Shown here piece by piece: positions 10,893-21,638 of a stretch of DNA of 64,000 nt. Numbering within the stretch: position 1 is the stretch's first letter; every line of letters begins with the position of its first letter. The stretch lies in assembly GCA_963740315.1 (NCBI GenBank), contig CAVUDP010000003.1, positions 480,001 through 544,000 on the forward strand, read 5' to 3'. Under the pieces are notes generated by a model that saw only the letters and a list, made by a program, of their open reading frames with translations, ran no database searches and was not told the DNA's origin. The DNA is from an uncultured cyanobacterium. Its GTDB lineage: Bacteria > Cyanobacteriota > Cyanobacteriia > Cyanobacteriales > Nostocaceae. The translations under genes and the position numbers were made by a program.

Positions 10893-10992
10893 GTAGTGCG
10901 TTAACCGCACAGTAAGGTGAACGCGTAGCGTGTCCTCTTAGGACAGCATCTTGCTCGCTGTATGTCTCAAGCGAGCAAGATGCGATCACTAC
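10893..10992. repeat. GTAG-type REP doublet interrupted by a 44-bp insertion
   Basis: GTAGTGCG[insert]AGCATCTTGCTCGC ... GCGAGCAAGATGCGATCACTAC. Confidence 0.7.
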
Positions 10993-11049
10993 CTAAAAAC
11001 CCATCCCCCATGCCTAATCCCCATTTGATAATTGATAATTAACAATTGA

Positions 11050-12315
11050 TTATTGATTCTTGACTGCTAACTCGATAGAATTTGCATCAATATCAAATTT
11101 GCGAGTAATGGCGTTAATTATGTTTTCTTCGACTGGAGTAGTTTCGTTGTTTAATTTTGCAATTCGATAACACTGGGCTAATAAAGGTGCTGCAAAATCG
11201 CGGTTTAATTGATTAAGCAACGTATCTAAAGGTTGGGGAGATTTAATATTTTGCTCGATCGCTTCTAAGGATTTAGAACTAAGGTTTAATGCTTCTAACT
11301 GCGGTAATATTTCTGACCAAGTTTGTTCTGGATGACTTGCAAGAATCATGTGTACCAAAATTTGATCCATAACTGCTTCTTGCGCGATCGCGGTTTGAAG
11401 ATAGTTTTCGCTTTGTTGCTGTAAATTTGCTATTGTCTCTTCGCTAGTTAAAGATTTTGTTGCGTCTAGCTTGGTTTCATAAAACCGACAAGCAGCATAT
11501 CCCAAAGAAAAAATCATTGTGGCGTTAGCGCTGGCTCCAATTACCGCACCAGCGAAAGGTATATTTCGCAGTAAACGCAATCCTGCTGTTTTTAAAAGAC
11601 GACCGCCTCCCAATCCTAAACCAAAAATCGCCAATACTTCACCTTTGCGGGCTGGATCTTGTAAATTCAACCCGTAGATAGATGCAATTTGATAAACCAT
11701 TTCTGACTGCAATTCGGTTGTTGCGGCTAAATCAACTGCTAATAATGCCGCAGCAGCACCCGGTAAAATACTGGTAGTTAAACCAATTCCCCCGGCTTTG
11801 ACTGCTTTGTCTACCATGATGCGGTGAGCGAGTTGAGTGGGTGATTCGTGAGGATATTTTTGCTTTAAGTGTTTAATTGCGGCTTCTGCTTTTATTAAAT
11901 CAACGTTATCGCTAGCACCTACAAGCCAGTTTAAATTCACGATTCCGGCTAATCTATGAATTAACCAGTTATCAGTAATATGACTGACTACGTTTCCTGC
12001 CGTTTCGGTGGCTTGTTCGATAATTTTGTGGGTTTGTTTTGCCGCTGCTTCTCCTACAGAAGCGACAGTTGAAACTACTGCTGAGCCAGCTTCTAAAGCG
12101 CTACCACCAACAATAACTCCGACTCCTAAAGCGGTATCGGTAATTGTTCCTCCTACTTCACCTACGGTTTTCGCGAAGGATTCTATAGGGGATGAGTTTG
12201 AATCTTGTTTTTCGGATGTTTTAATTTTTTCTGGAGTTGGAGAGTGAATCTTAACTTCTGTTTCTGAAGCGGAGGGAGTTGATTGAACTGGTTTTTGCTC
12301 GGCTTTATCTGACAT
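11050..12315 (-). CDS. EcsC-like membrane-associated protein with a possible TerB-like C-terminus
   Basis: LQSEMVYQIASIYGL.L, IPFAGAVIGASANA Gly-rich helices; C-terminal LLAQCYRIA...E..II..I..KF resembles TerB helices. Confidence 0.6.
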   Translation of the reverse strand: MSDKAEQKPVQSTPSASETEVKIHSPTPEKIKTSEKQDSNSSPIESFAKTVGEVGGTITDTALGVGVIVGGSALEAGSAVVSTVASVGEAAAKQTHKIIEQATETAGNVVSHITDNWLIHRLAGIVNLNWLVGASDNVDLIKAEAAIKHLKQKYPHESPTQLAHRIMVDKAVKAGGIGLTTSILPGAAAALLAVDLAATTELQSEMVYQIASIYGLNLQDPARKGEVLAIFGLGLGGGRLLKTAGLRLLRNIPFAGAVIGASANATMIFSLGYAACRFYETKLDATKSLTSEETIANLQQQSENYLQTAIAQEAVMDQILVHMILASHPEQTWSEILPQLEALNLSSKSLEAIEQNIKSPQPLDTLLNQLNRDFAAPLLAQCYRIAKLNNETTPVEENIINAITRKFDIDANSIELAVKNQ

Positions 12316-12850
12316 TTTAAGAATACCGCTAAATTATATAAAATTATTTTCTATTTGATTTATAACTGAGCGGCGATTGCTCGAACATCTATCTAAAAGC
12401 GCAATTTAGCTGCGACGAAATGCATAAATAAGTAGTTGTCTAAAATTAATTAAACATTTTCTGTAGATAGACACAGAGTAGGGAACTGTTATCGAACTTT
12501 TTCTGTAAATATATAAATAATCCAGGCTTGACTACTTCTTTCCTAATATTGATATTTTTATTAATTGCAAGCAGGTAATGTCTTGGCTCTAGTAGCACAG
12601 GGCTTAAATAGCGCACCCCTAATTTTAATGTGAGGAAGTCGGGTTTTTAAATACGTATCTGTAATACACTTACATTTTATAAAAACTCGACTTATATACC
12701 GGAGCCTTTTATCTTAACTTTAAGAAGGCAGCATTTTCTATGAATTTTTCTTGAAAATATAAAAATATGCTGGTTGAGGATGCGGATAATAAAATAATAA
12801 GAATGAATATAAAAACTGTAGATGCACCATGATAGGACTCTGGCTTGTAG

Positions 12851-13507
12851 TCAGGGTCTTTTTTTTGCAATTAATTTGGTAAAAAAGGTAGTTTTCTTCG
12901 GGTTATTAGCCTGCTGTTTGAGATATTTACCAGCAACCCATCCGATATTGTCTTTATATTTTACGAGAAACCACTCTACTCTATCTTGATAATTTCTTTG
13001 TTCTGTATCTTTTATTAAAATGGCATTACATGGAATTAAAGTAATTATTTGTGCATCTAAACTTGCTTCTCTACGCATATTTAGACCAGATGCATTTGGC
13101 GGGCAATCTAATCTGTATTTCGATCCAAATGAGTTATTTTCATTCTTAATAGGAGGAGTAGAAGGAGTAGAAGGAGTAGAAATGTTTCTAGGAATTATAG
13201 GATCTACAAATCTGCTTGATTCTGGTGTAACTGACTTTGTTTGCGATGAATATTGATTTTCTGCTGTATTCCAAGTATGTAAAAGTGTAGCGCTGGCAAC
13301 TGTGATAAATATTCCAAAAACAAAAAAACAAATCCCCATAAAAAGATTTGTTGCACGTATCGATTCGGGTTGTTTGTAATTATAATAACTAGATTTAGAA
13401 CTATTGAACCTTTTGCCTACCCATGATTTAACTGGAGTAAAAATAGATATTCCAAACAAAATAAGTAATATACCAAAATAAAAAAATAAAATTACTAAAA
13501 ATTTCAT
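12851..13507 (-). CDS. Membrane protein with C-terminal bacterial SH3-like domain
   Basis: Two TM segments, Pro/Thr linker, GLNMRREASLDAQII..IP...W..V.Y...GWVAGKYL. Confidence 0.7.
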   Translation of the reverse strand: MKFLVILFFYFGILLILFGISIFTPVKSWVGKRFNSSKSSYYNYKQPESIRATNLFMGICFFVFGIFITVASATLLHTWNTAENQYSSQTKSVTPESSRFVDPIIPRNISTPSTPSTPPIKNENNSFGSKYRLDCPPNASGLNMRREASLDAQIITLIPCNAILIKDTEQRNYQDRVEWFLVKYKDNIGWVAGKYLKQQANNPKKTTFFTKLIAKKRP

Positions 13508-13685
13508 AAAAGTTTGTTCCTCTACATTTAATGTACAACGTAAATAGGGTATATTTACTTGTAAATATAAGAACCCGTAGAGGAAAGTTTAGCTATTATT
13601 TATTTTTGAAACTAGTAGATTTAGTTACAATCTATTTTTTTGTTTTTAATATTTAATTTTTAGAATTTGTTTTATAAGGATTTTT

Positions 13686-13716
<31 letters not shown>

Positions 13717-13759
13717 TTTAAAATATTTAATACCCCATGAACTTGTAGGGAATAACCCA

Positions 13760-13792
13760 AAAAAAACCCAGTATTTTAAATATACTGGGTTT
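13760..13792 (-). terminator. Intrinsic terminator after the alpha/beta hydrolase
   Basis: AAACCCAGTAT-loop-ATACTGGGTTT stem followed by a U-run on the minus strand. Confidence 0.7.
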
Positions 13793-13814
13793 GTACAAAA
13801 TATCTCAAAAAACT

Positions 13815-14633
13815 TCAATTTTTGGATTTCATGGTTTCGCTATTACATTCTAAAAAGTTGTTCTGACGCATAATCTCGTAAATATTGATATCTTTTTCTA
13901 ACAAGCAGGCGTGTCCGCTTTCTGGAAGTACTATAATTTTAGAATTAGGAAGAATATCGGCTAACCTCAAAGCTTCTGTGGTAGAAGGTAAAAGTCTATC
14001 ATTGGCACCAGCAATTAATAAAATCGGTTGAGTTAATTTACTTAGTTGGTATTCATCGATATGAAACTCCCGAAGTAATGATATTCGCCAGCGAATAGTT
14101 TCCGGTGGAACTGAACGCATGGCTTTCAAAAGTTCTTGGCGATCGCTGCTAGACATTCTTGGTAAGGAAGCTAGAAACGCTAACAATCCAAAAGCGCCTA
14201 GATCGTAAAAGAAGTTAGGCACGAAGTCGGTAAATTGCGAACCCCAATTAAAAAAAGGACGAATCCGAAAGCTAGAAGCTGGATTTAACAAAATTATCCG
14301 CTTAAACAGGTGTGGTGCTGCGACTGCTACCTTCTGCACCAAACAACCCCCGAATGATTCTCCACAAAGATAAACTGCTCTTTGAGGTGTGTTTTTGAGT
14401 TCTGCATGAATTAATTTCAACACGCTTAGGGTGAGTTCATCCCAATCAGTAAGATCGTCTCGCGGTATTGCTAAACAACGCACGTCAAAACCAGCTTCCA
14501 AACCATCTGTTTGGGTTCGCAATAGTTGACCGGAGCCATCCATCCCAGGCAAATATATAAATAGCGGATAATCCGTGCGTATTGTTTTTGGAGTAAGAAA
14601 ACATGGCTGTAACCCAACTTCTGGTCTATTCAT
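13815..14633 (-). CDS. Alpha/beta-fold hydrolase
   Basis: YLPGMDGSG, nucleophile elbow GESFGG, DRLLPS, GHACLLE. Confidence 0.9.
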   Translation of the reverse strand: MNRPEVGLQPCFLTPKTIRTDYPLFIYLPGMDGSGQLLRTQTDGLEAGFDVRCLAIPRDDLTDWDELTLSVLKLIHAELKNTPQRAVYLCGESFGGCLVQKVAVAAPHLFKRIILLNPASSFRIRPFFNWGSQFTDFVPNFFYDLGAFGLLAFLASLPRMSSSDRQELLKAMRSVPPETIRWRISLLREFHIDEYQLSKLTQPILLIAGANDRLLPSTTEALRLADILPNSKIIVLPESGHACLLEKDINIYEIMRQNNFLECNSETMKSKN

Positions 14634-15384
14634 TAGTTAATAGTTAATTTTCAATAGTTAATTATTTTTTTTATATTTATGAGAATTTTGAGAGCTGGAG
14701 GTGGAGGAAGCTTGACTTGAAAATTGTAATTATGACAAGGGAGTTGGCAGTGGGTAGTAGGGGTAAGGGTTTAAAGCTAAAAAACATTATATTACATATT
14801 TCTGTGTATTTATACTGACCTATTTAAGTCTGTAATTTCTGACTCAAAATAAAGGCGTAAGTTCTTCTACTATAGTTCTTGACTGTAGCGTTTAAGATCG
14901 GTGCATTCATAAAGCTGGGATGATTGCAAAAAGCAATATGCTTGCATGAGGTATGCGATCTGAAGGGGCGATCGACAAATTAATAGCGGATGATTCAGAC
15001 TCATAAGTTTTTAATATAAATTTTAGAGTAATATCTCATTTTAACTTGAGTGTATTTTTACATTTATCAACTATAAATATGACTCTATTGAAACTGCGGA
15101 AAATATTGATTAAGAGGTTATAATCTTCAATAGTAAGATAATTTGTATTCATAGTCACAATAATTTTAAATAATATTTCTCAATAATAATTCAACGAATA
15201 ATCTTTAATTTAGATAAAAATCAATTCAGTTTATATTTATGTTTAAACAAACTGTAAGTAAATAAATTTGCTAATATTAAATTGCCGCTTGAAAAAGCAT
15301 GAGCAATATTGTATAATAACGTGGTTTTAGTTAAAAATGTCAGATAGGAACCCGTTTTTTTTTTAGAAGTAATTTTATTTTTTC

Positions 15385-16977
15385 ATGAGTCTAGTGGATA
15401 AAACAAAAAATACATTTGCACTTACGACACCGCTATATTATGTTAACGATTTGCCTCACATAGGCAGTGCCTACACAACAATGGCAGCAGATGTAGTGGC
15501 GCGATTTCAGAGACTTTTAGGTAATCAAGTACTTTTTATTACAGGAACCGACGAACACGGACAAAAAATTCAGCGTGCAGCAGAAAGTAAAGGCTTAGTA
15601 CCTCAAGAATTTACTAACAAAATTTCTGCGGAATTTGTATCTTTGTGGAAATTGCTCAATATTCAATACGATCGCTTTATCCGCACGACCGATCTGCGTC
15701 ATGAAGCAATAGTAAAAGAGTTCTTTGGAAGACTCTGGGAAAGCGGGGATATTTATCTTGGTCAACAAAAAGGTTGGTATTGCGTCTCTTGCGAAGAATT
15801 TAAAGAAGAACGCGAACTCTTAGAAGGAAAGCGTTGTCCCATCCATACTAATAAAGAAGTCGAATGGCGAGACGAAGAAAACTATTTCTTCAGGTTATCA
15901 AAATATCAAACGACTTTAGAAGAATTATATAGCTCGAAACCAGATTTTCTTCAACCAGAAAGTCGGCGAAACGAAATTCTAAACTTTATTAAAGGAGGGT
16001 TACAGGATTTTTCGATTTCGCGGGTGAATGTTGAGTGGGGTTTTCCAGTACCTAATGACCCAAAGCATACTTTATATGTTTGGTTTGACGCTTTGCTGGG
16101 ATATCTTACAGCTTTGCTCGAACCGGATTCGGAACCAACATTAGAAAATGCTTTAGCTAAATGGTATCCGATAAACTTGCATTTAATTGGTAAAGATATT
16201 TTACGCTTTCATGCGATATCCTGGCCCGCATTGTTGATAAGTGCCAATTTACCTTTACCAAAAAGAGTATTTGGACACGGTTTTTTGACCAAAGATGGTC
16301 AGAAGATGGGTAAAAGCCTTGGTAATACCATCGATCCTGTAGCTTTGGTGGAGAAATATGGTGCAGATGCAATTCGTTATTACTTTATTAAGGAAATCGG
16401 TTTTGGCAAAGATGGCGACTTTAATGAAGTTAGATTCATTGAAGTTGTAAATGCAGATTTGGCGAAGAATTTAGGTAATTTGCTAAATCGGAATTTAAAA
16501 ATGGTCAAAAAATACTGTGCTGGGAATATACCGTCAATTACAAACGAAAACGTTCCTCAAAATAATCCTTTGAAAGCGATCGGTTTGCAATTAGGAGAAC
16601 AAGTTAAAGCTAACTACGAAGCCCTAGCTTTCAGTCAAGGCTGCGAAGCTATTCTTAGATTGTCCCAAGCTTGTAATAAATATATTGACGAACAAGCACC
16701 TTGGTCATTATACAAACAAGAAAAACAGCAAGAATTGGAACAAGTTTTGTACGTTGTTTTAGAATCGGTAAGGTTGGCAGCTTATCTACTTTCTCCGGTA
16801 ATCCCTAGTATTAGTACCGATATATACCAGCAACTGGGTTTTGCAATTGACTTTAATAATCAGATAGAAACTGCAACTGCCGCACCCTTTGCCATACATG
16901 GATACTGGGGATTGCTAAGAGCCGAACAACAGTTAGGTAAAGCCAAACCAATCTTTCAAAGCATTGAACTGAATTGA
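15385..16977 (+). CDS. metG: Methionine--tRNA ligase
   Basis: HIGSAY (HIGH-like), TGTDEHG, YVWFDAL, GKDILRFH, KMGKS. Confidence 0.98.
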   Translation: MSLVDKTKNTFALTTPLYYVNDLPHIGSAYTTMAADVVARFQRLLGNQVLFITGTDEHGQKIQRAAESKGLVPQEFTNKISAEFVSLWKLLNIQYDRFIRTTDLRHEAIVKEFFGRLWESGDIYLGQQKGWYCVSCEEFKEERELLEGKRCPIHTNKEVEWRDEENYFFRLSKYQTTLEELYSSKPDFLQPESRRNEILNFIKGGLQDFSISRVNVEWGFPVPNDPKHTLYVWFDALLGYLTALLEPDSEPTLENALAKWYPINLHLIGKDILRFHAISWPALLISANLPLPKRVFGHGFLTKDGQKMGKSLGNTIDPVALVEKYGADAIRYYFIKEIGFGKDGDFNEVRFIEVVNADLAKNLGNLLNRNLKMVKKYCAGNIPSITNENVPQNNPLKAIGLQLGEQVKANYEALAFSQGCEAILRLSQACNKYIDEQAPWSLYKQEKQQELEQVLYVVLESVRLAAYLLSPVIPSISTDIYQQLGFAIDFNNQIETATAAPFAIHGYWGLLRAEQQLGKAKPIFQSIELN

Positions 16978-17198
16978 TGAAGATTAATTCAGCTTTATAT
17001 TAAGCTCGCCGCGTTGTAACAACTGTCCGAGATTTTTCAATGTATTTCTGACAAAAAATAAAAAATACGGAGATAATCGTAAATTTAAAACTCGCAAGTA
17101 TTAGCCTTGAATGATTATCATAAATCGCCGAAACTTACGTATAGATGTAAGCAATAGGTTTCAATGATTACAAAAATAACAAATGAGGTATCAGAAAA

Positions 17199-17831
17199 AT
17201 GTTGAATAATATACAAGAAGAGTCAATATTTACACCAGAACAAGTTTTAGAAAATCGAGGTCGTGTAGCTATATTTATTGATGGCTCAAATTTGTTTTAC
17301 GCGGCGTTACAATTAGGAATTGAAATTGACTACACGAAGTTGCTTTCGAGACTCACAGGTGGTTCTAGATTGTTACGTTCGTTTTTCTATACAGGTGTAG
17401 ATCGGACAAATGAGAAGCAACAGGGATTTTTATTGTGGATGCGGCGTAATGGTTATAGAGTCATAGCCAAAGATTTGGTACAGCTACCAGATGGCTCAAA
17501 AAAAGCCAATTTGGATGTAGAAATAGCGGTAGATATGATGGCTTTGGTGGATTCCTACGATACTGCGGTTTTAGTTAGTGGTGATGGGGATTTAGCATAT
17601 GCGGTGAATTCGGTTAGTTATCGCGGCGTTAGAGTAGAAGTAGTTAGTTTGCGTTCTATGACTAGCGACAGTTTGATTAACGTTTCCGATCGCTACATCG
17701 ATCTAGAAGCAGTTAAAGATGATATTCAAAAGACACCTCGTCAAGGCTATCCTTACCGCCCACTACCCGAAATGAGTTTTTTAGAACAATCATCTGAGAT
17801 GGTAAATCCTCGTTTGGAAGTTCCAGAATGA
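17199..17831 (+). CDS. NYN domain (LabA/DUF88 family) protein
   Basis: IFIDGSNLFY, KANLDVEIAVDM, LVSGDGDL motifs. Confidence 0.92.
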   Translation: MLNNIQEESIFTPEQVLENRGRVAIFIDGSNLFYAALQLGIEIDYTKLLSRLTGGSRLLRSFFYTGVDRTNEKQQGFLLWMRRNGYRVIAKDLVQLPDGSKKANLDVEIAVDMMALVDSYDTAVLVSGDGDLAYAVNSVSYRGVRVEVVSLRSMTSDSLINVSDRYIDLEAVKDDIQKTPRQGYPYRPLPEMSFLEQSSEMVNPRLEVPE

Positions 17832-17914
17832 AGCCAAACAATGGAAATACGATCGATTGGTTAGAGGAAGAATAATCACGGATCGAAAACTAAATTATCC
17901 AAAATTCATTTATG

Positions 17915-17974
17915 AGATGCGTCAGTTAACTAAATCCTTTGAATATTAAGGAATTGTTCATACTGGCGCATTTT
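17915..17974 (+). terminator. Long hairpin with U-tail after the NYN gene
   Basis: ATGCGTCAGT...TCCTT...AAGGA...ACTGGCGCAT followed by TTT. Confidence 0.5.
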
Positions 17975-18207
17975 ATAGTATTGATATTTTTACTGTTAGT
18001 TTTTCGTTAACATTTTAGATAAAATCTGTTTTTAGAGTTTACCTTATTTTCACAACTTTACCCAACATTTTTTTCCGTTGTTAAAGGGGGGTTTAATTAC
18101 GTGCAAAAGATAGACAGAAAAAATTTTCAGAAAAAATATGGATAATATTAATTTTTTCTGCGTCTGTGAATGCAGTATGGCGCAAACAACTGTCTAATAT
18201 AAACCCG

Positions 18208-19368
18208 ATGAAAAGCTTAACTCACAGGACTTTTAGCCTCTGCCTTCTACTATGCGCCTTCTCCCTTCCGATGTTAGTTAGCTGTGGAGGACAGAAAAAG
18301 CGTATTGATGATGAACCAGTTGAAAACGAATCCGTACAGGAAGACGAAAGTAAGTTCACTTTTCAAGGTGTAGCTTTAGAACAATTTGATGAAAAAGGAC
18401 AACCAATTTGGAAAGTAAACGCCAAGCAGGCTAAATACACTAAAGAAAAGCAAATTGGTGAAGCTGAAAATCCCTATGGTGAATTATATCAAGACGGAAA
18501 AATAGTTTACAAAATTACGGCACAAAAAGCTGATATTAGGCAAGACGGAAAGCAACTATTTCTCAAAGGCAAAATTGTTGCAACCGATCCGACTAACGGT
18601 GTGGTATTGCGGGGTAATGAACTCGAATGGCGACCAAAAGAAGACTTAATGATTGTTCGCAACCAACTTAACGGTTCTCACAAACAGTTACAAGCAGTAG
18701 CTCAAGAAGCAAGAGTCAAAACCCGCGAACAGCGTATTGACTTCAACGGGGGAGTCGTAGCCAAATCAGTCGAACCGCAACTGCAAATGCGAACCGAGCA
18801 TTTAACCTGGATGGTTAAACAAGAGAAATTAATTGGCGATCGCACTATGCAGATTGACCGTTTCAAGAATGGTAAAGTTACCGATAGGGGTAGGGGAGAT
18901 GCTGCTGAAGTTTTCTTAAAAACAAAAATAGTCAACATTACAAAAAATGCCTTTATCGAATTACTAGATCCCCTGGTACAAATAGCTAGTAATTCTATGA
19001 CTTGGAATATGAATGCAGAAACAATTAAAACAAATGCACCTCTAAAAGTGGTGCATCGTGCTGAAAATATAACTGTAAGTGGCAATCGAGGTGAATTAAA
19101 AATACCATCACAAACAGTTTACGTTCAAGGTGATGTTAAAGGTATCGGACAAAAAGGTCAGTCAATCCAATCCGATAATTTAACTTGGTATTTAGACAAA
19201 GAATTAGTAGAAGCGAATGGAAACGTAACATACGGGCAAACAACCCCTCAATTCACTTTTAAAGGTGAAACCGCCACAGGTAATTTTAAAACAGAAAATG
19301 TGGTTGTAAAAGGAGGAAATTCTGGCGATAGAGTAATTACAGAAATTATTCCGCAATTTAACAATTAA
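18208..19368 (+). CDS. lptC: LPS export periplasmic protein LptC (tandem LptC/OstA-like repeats), probable lipoprotein
   Basis: LEQFDEKGQPIWKVNAKQAKY, beta-rich repeats, LVSC lipobox; metG-NYN-lptC synteny; ATG 18208 preferred. Confidence 0.85.
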   Translation: MKSLTHRTFSLCLLLCAFSLPMLVSCGGQKKRIDDEPVENESVQEDESKFTFQGVALEQFDEKGQPIWKVNAKQAKYTKEKQIGEAENPYGELYQDGKIVYKITAQKADIRQDGKQLFLKGKIVATDPTNGVVLRGNELEWRPKEDLMIVRNQLNGSHKQLQAVAQEARVKTREQRIDFNGGVVAKSVEPQLQMRTEHLTWMVKQEKLIGDRTMQIDRFKNGKVTDRGRGDAAEVFLKTKIVNITKNAFIELLDPLVQIASNSMTWNMNAETIKTNAPLKVVHRAENITVSGNRGELKIPSQTVYVQGDVKGIGQKGQSIQSDNLTWYLDKELVEANGNVTYGQTTPQFTFKGETATGNFKTENVVVKGGNSGDRVITEIIPQFNN

Positions 19369-19381
19369 CAGTTAACTGATT

Positions 19382-20704
19382 TCAGCTTTTATACAAAATT
19401 TCATTGCGACTTGTCTTACCTAATTCAGGTATTGCTTTTTTTCCGCTCGTGGGACTAACGCCAGTTGAAGCGGTTTCTGGGACTTGCAATTCTTTAAGCA
19501 TTTTTTGCAACAATTTGTCCTGTTCGGAACGGAAACCCGGTACATATGTTCCTCTATTAATAATTGCAAACCAAACTAAACCACGATCTTTTGTTGGCAT
19601 GACTCCAGCTAAGGCACTGACATCACGTAAGGTTCCAGTTTTGAAAGCAGTATTTTTGGGTATGCGTCTGGCGTAAGTTGTGCCGCGATGATCTAACCCA
19701 GAAGTCGGGAAAAAGTCAGCTACCGTCAGATTATCAGGAGCTGCTAAACGCTGAATTGCCATCAACATAGCGGTAGCAGCCCTTGGAGAAATACGGTTTT
19801 CTTGTCCGAGTCCAGAACCGTTGATTAATTGAATTTCCGATGGCGGTACTCTTGCAAGTTTGGCAGCTTTTGATTGGACTACACTTGCTCCTCCTACGGA
19901 TTCTGCAAGCATTTCTGCCATTTTGTTGTTGCTGAAAACGTTCATCTCATTAATTATCTGTGCCATCGGTAATGAGTAATGACGTATCAGCTGGGTTTGT
20001 GAGACTTTTATCTCGTCTTTAACTTCAACTTTTCCCGTAAATACAACGCTCGGTTTCAGGGTACCTTTGGGCATTCGCGAATATTGAGAGGCTATATTTC
20101 TGGACCAGGTAGCAAAATTTAGTGCCCTCCTCAGCGCTTCTCCTGCTAATTGGGGATTGCGTTGGAAATTCATCGCAAATTTTCCGACAACAATCAAATT
20201 TCCGTTAACGCGCTTTATACCCATTTTGTTGAGCATATTGCCAATAGTTATTGCTTCTTCCCAAACAAACAAAGGGTCCCCACTAGCATTAACTACTAAA
20301 TTTCCTTCTAATACACCATTTTTGACAGGTCCTGTAGCACTTATCAAAGTTTCAAACTTATGGTCTGAACCCCAATGGTTGAGCGCAACAAGTGAAGTTG
20401 CAATTTTTGTTAAAGAAGCAGCAGGTAAAGGTTTGGTACCTTGATGGTTAGCCATGAGTATCGGACCTGACTGCATCCAAATACCTTGAATTTGGGTTTG
20501 TTCGGGTTTGATTAATTTTAATGCTTGTAATTCTTTTATATATTCTCGTATCGTATTACTTCTGGCTGGATTTGGATCGGGGGCGAGAACCAAGCCAGTA
20601 CCAGCTTGCCAAGCTAAGGCATCAAGAGCCTGCATTGGCTTAACCTGTACCCCTGCCATATCTAACCACAAGGAAACTAAACCCGAACCAAATAATTCCA
20701 GCAT
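19382..20704 (-). CDS. dacB: D-alanyl-D-alanine carboxypeptidase/endopeptidase (PBP4, S13)
   Basis: SxxK (ASLTK), SxN (FSNN), NGSGL, KTG (KTGTL). Confidence 0.9.
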   Translation of the reverse strand: MLELFGSGLVSLWLDMAGVQVKPMQALDALAWQAGTGLVLAPDPNPARSNTIREYIKELQALKLIKPEQTQIQGIWMQSGPILMANHQGTKPLPAASLTKIATSLVALNHWGSDHKFETLISATGPVKNGVLEGNLVVNASGDPLFVWEEAITIGNMLNKMGIKRVNGNLIVVGKFAMNFQRNPQLAGEALRRALNFATWSRNIASQYSRMPKGTLKPSVVFTGKVEVKDEIKVSQTQLIRHYSLPMAQIINEMNVFSNNKMAEMLAESVGGASVVQSKAAKLARVPPSEIQLINGSGLGQENRISPRAATAMLMAIQRLAAPDNLTVADFFPTSGLDHRGTTYARRIPKNTAFKTGTLRDVSALAGVMPTKDRGLVWFAIINRGTYVPGFRSEQDKLLQKMLKELQVPETASTGVSPTSGKKAIPELGKTSRNEILYKS

Positions 20705-21638
20705 CCTTAACTCCTATATAAGTAATAGCTACTATTGCTGTTGTAATATTACACACGCATTGCAAACTGTAACGCATGGTGGTAATCATAACGAACGATC
20801 CTCACTTCTGGAAGAGGGTAATATAACAAAGTTTTGTAATTTACCTCAACCTTTATGCTTAAATTTTTCAAGTAATGGGTTTTATTATCACACTTCTGGT
20901 TGCGATCGCACCAAATTGATGGATGAAAAACAAGCGCAGGGGATAAATAATAAATAAGTGTTTTAACCGGAATTCAAGAAATAAACAGTTTTATAGTTCG
21001 AGGTATGACTAATAAGAATGACTTTTGTAGAGTTCATGAAAATTAAAAGGAGATAATCCTACGAGCTTTAGTGATGCGCCTCAAAGCGATCGATTGAAGG
21101 GAGTTAGATAAACGACGGCGATCCAACAGGACTTGACCGCAAAATAAGTTACTTACGTTTCCTTGCTCAAAGACTAAAAATCTATATTATCAACAAATAC
21201 CGAGAACGCCCTTTTTAAACGGTTGCGCCACAGTTGTTGTGAATATCTTCTGGACATTTAATGGTAAATCAGGCAAATTTCACCAGCTTTTTGGATTTTG
21301 GGTCGCCCGCGAACAGATTTACTACTATATTTTTCAAGATATTTATATGTAGTACCACTGGTTACTATAGTATTTGTCAAGGGAGTTATTAGCGGGTTGT
21401 GTAAGCAATTTTCAATCTAGCTGCAATGTTTTTTTATTAGTCAATACCCCATCCGATTGCTCAAAACATTTACCTGTAAAGAGATGAGACTGGAGTGATA
21501 GAGGTAAATTCATGTTATGTTGAGCAAAAGCAGAATTTGATGCCTTACTTTAAAAAAATAGGATTTGGTAGCTCTCAATCTACTACGACTCTTCTAGGCA
21601 TCTGGTAAAATTTGTAAGGTTTCTGGAAGCTCTGAGCA

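Noticed and set aside
20508..20957. 149-aa ORF overlapping the dacB start
   Set aside because: Antisense overlap, ATT start and no motif.
21352..21365. GTA-N8-TAC NtcA-like site upstream of plsX
   Set aside because: No TAN3T at the canonical 22-23 nt spacing, and the 6-bp pattern is expected many times by chance in 64 kb.
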